DNA of 16,455 nucleotides from Myxococcales bacterium (GTDB taxonomy: Bacteria > Myxococcota_C > UBA6777). Positions 15,749-16,455 of this stretch are shown piece by piece (the stretch's first letter is position 1; the number at the start of each line of letters is the position of its first letter). Under the pieces are notes generated by a model, which saw only the letters and a list, made by a program, of their open reading frames with translations, searched no databases and was not told the origin of the DNA. The DNA lies in contig JALTMC010000330.1 of NCBI GenBank assembly GCA_027005175.1, positions 2,664 through 19,118 on the forward strand. The letters run 5' to 3'. Made by a program: the position numbers and the translations under genes.

Positions 15749-16414
15749 ATGAGTCGTAAACGATCCATTTTCGCGTTTTTGTTCGCATGTCTTGTGCCTG
15801 TACTCTTCCCAATGGAAGCTATAGCTCGAAAGAGCGTCAAAACGATCTGCAGTTGGAAGAACGCGAAAACGACTATCGGAACGGCCCGTGAGTTTCGAGG
15901 TTGGCAGGTCTATTCTCCTGCGATCGAATGCTTGGCGAAGCAACTACAAAAAGCAAATCCAGGACAAGACAGTCCTGAGGCTGCTCTCGTCACCTTTTTT
16001 CGTCGCTTGATGAAACAGCGTCCTTCATTCAGGGCAATCTTGTCACCAACGATGCATCCGAAGTTTCGTGTGCTCCTTGAGAAAGGACTGCTTGCTCAAA
16101 CAACAAAGTTTCGACGCTTTATTCTTCACTCTCGCATTCATGCCTCTCGTGCCCCCAAAGGCAATCGATTCTCGAAGCGGTTTGCCAAACAAGGCAACAC
16201 TATGTTTGGTGCCTTTGATCTGCTTGTGTTTGCTGAGGGCAATACCAGCAGTACCGATATAATTTTGTTTTTAAAGAAGACGAACAAACGCTGGTATATC
16301 CAAGGCTTTCTCGCGCACTGGTTACGTCCTTTGTTCAAAGGAATGAAACATCCTTGGTGGCTCAAGGCCAAGAAAAAGAAAACCAAGAAAACGGCATCCA
16401 AGCCGAAGCTCTAG
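15749..16414 (+). CDS. Hypothetical exported protein with a Sec-type signal peptide and a Lys-rich C-terminal tail.
   Basis: N-terminus MSRKRS-IFAFLFACLVPVLFP-MEAIA (n-h-c regions, AxA site). The C-terminus is KAKKKKTKKTASKPKL. An aaggag RBS lies 7 nt upstream. I recognise no domain. Confidence 0.5.
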   Translation: MSRKRSIFAFLFACLVPVLFPMEAIARKSVKTICSWKNAKTTIGTAREFRGWQVYSPAIECLAKQLQKANPGQDSPEAALVTFFRRLMKQRPSFRAILSPTMHPKFRVLLEKGLLAQTTKFRRFILHSRIHASRAPKGNRFSKRFAKQGNTMFGAFDLLVFAEGNTSSTDIILFLKKTNKRWYIQGFLAHWLRPLFKGMKHPWWLKAKKKKTKKTASKPKL

Positions 16415-16455
16415 CCCTTGCGGGGTTGATTGTTTTACAAGTCTTTGTTTTAATA

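Noticed and set aside
16415-16455. Possible terminator after the last gene (gccc-ttgc-gggg followed by T-rich sequence).
   Set aside because: The stem is only 3-4 bp and the T-rich tract is interrupted. It is too weak to call.

Overview
This window is dominated by a bacterial microcompartment (BMC, metabolosome) locus. It is gene-dense, around 50% GC, and has several TTG or GTG starts. The core locus lies on the minus strand, roughly 13296 down to 5810. On that strand I can support ten genes:
- one PduA/CcmK-type BMC-H hexamer gene;
- three BMC-P (EutN/CcmL-type) vertex genes;
- a PduP/EutE-type acylating aldehyde dehydrogenase with an N-terminal encapsulation peptide (EP);
- a PduS-like Fe-S flavoprotein;
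- a PduT-like tandem BMC-T;
- a deoxyribose-phosphate aldolase (DeoC) with an N-terminal EP plus a Cys-rich module;
- an EutL/PduB-like BMC-T;
- a FucA-like class II aldolase with a C-terminal low-complexity linker plus an EP-like helix.

Across a roughly 500 bp divergent control region, the plus strand carries a second, canonical PduS-PduT pair followed by an exported Lys-rich hypothetical protein.

Downstream on the minus strand are four further genes: triosephosphate isomerase, a divergent stand-alone Cpn10/GroES-like gene, an FAD/NAD(P) oxidoreductase, and a large membrane polyferredoxin (NapH/MauN/CcoG-like).

The locus looks like a sugar-phosphate-utilising (SPU-like) metabolosome that combines a DeoC signature enzyme with a PVM-like class II aldolase. 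It also has duplicated PduS/PduT electron-conduit pairs, and one pair has lost conserved cofactor-ligand residues in both partners.

Several conspicuous intergenic repeat structures are not explained by coding: a 28-bp tandem array, a palindromic 23-bp tandem array, a 36-bp direct repeat flanking a perfect hairpin, and a 47-bp direct repeat.

No phosphotransacylase, acetate kinase or alcohol dehydrogenase is visible inside the window. Hand-indexed coordinates of non-CDS features may be off by 1-2 nt.
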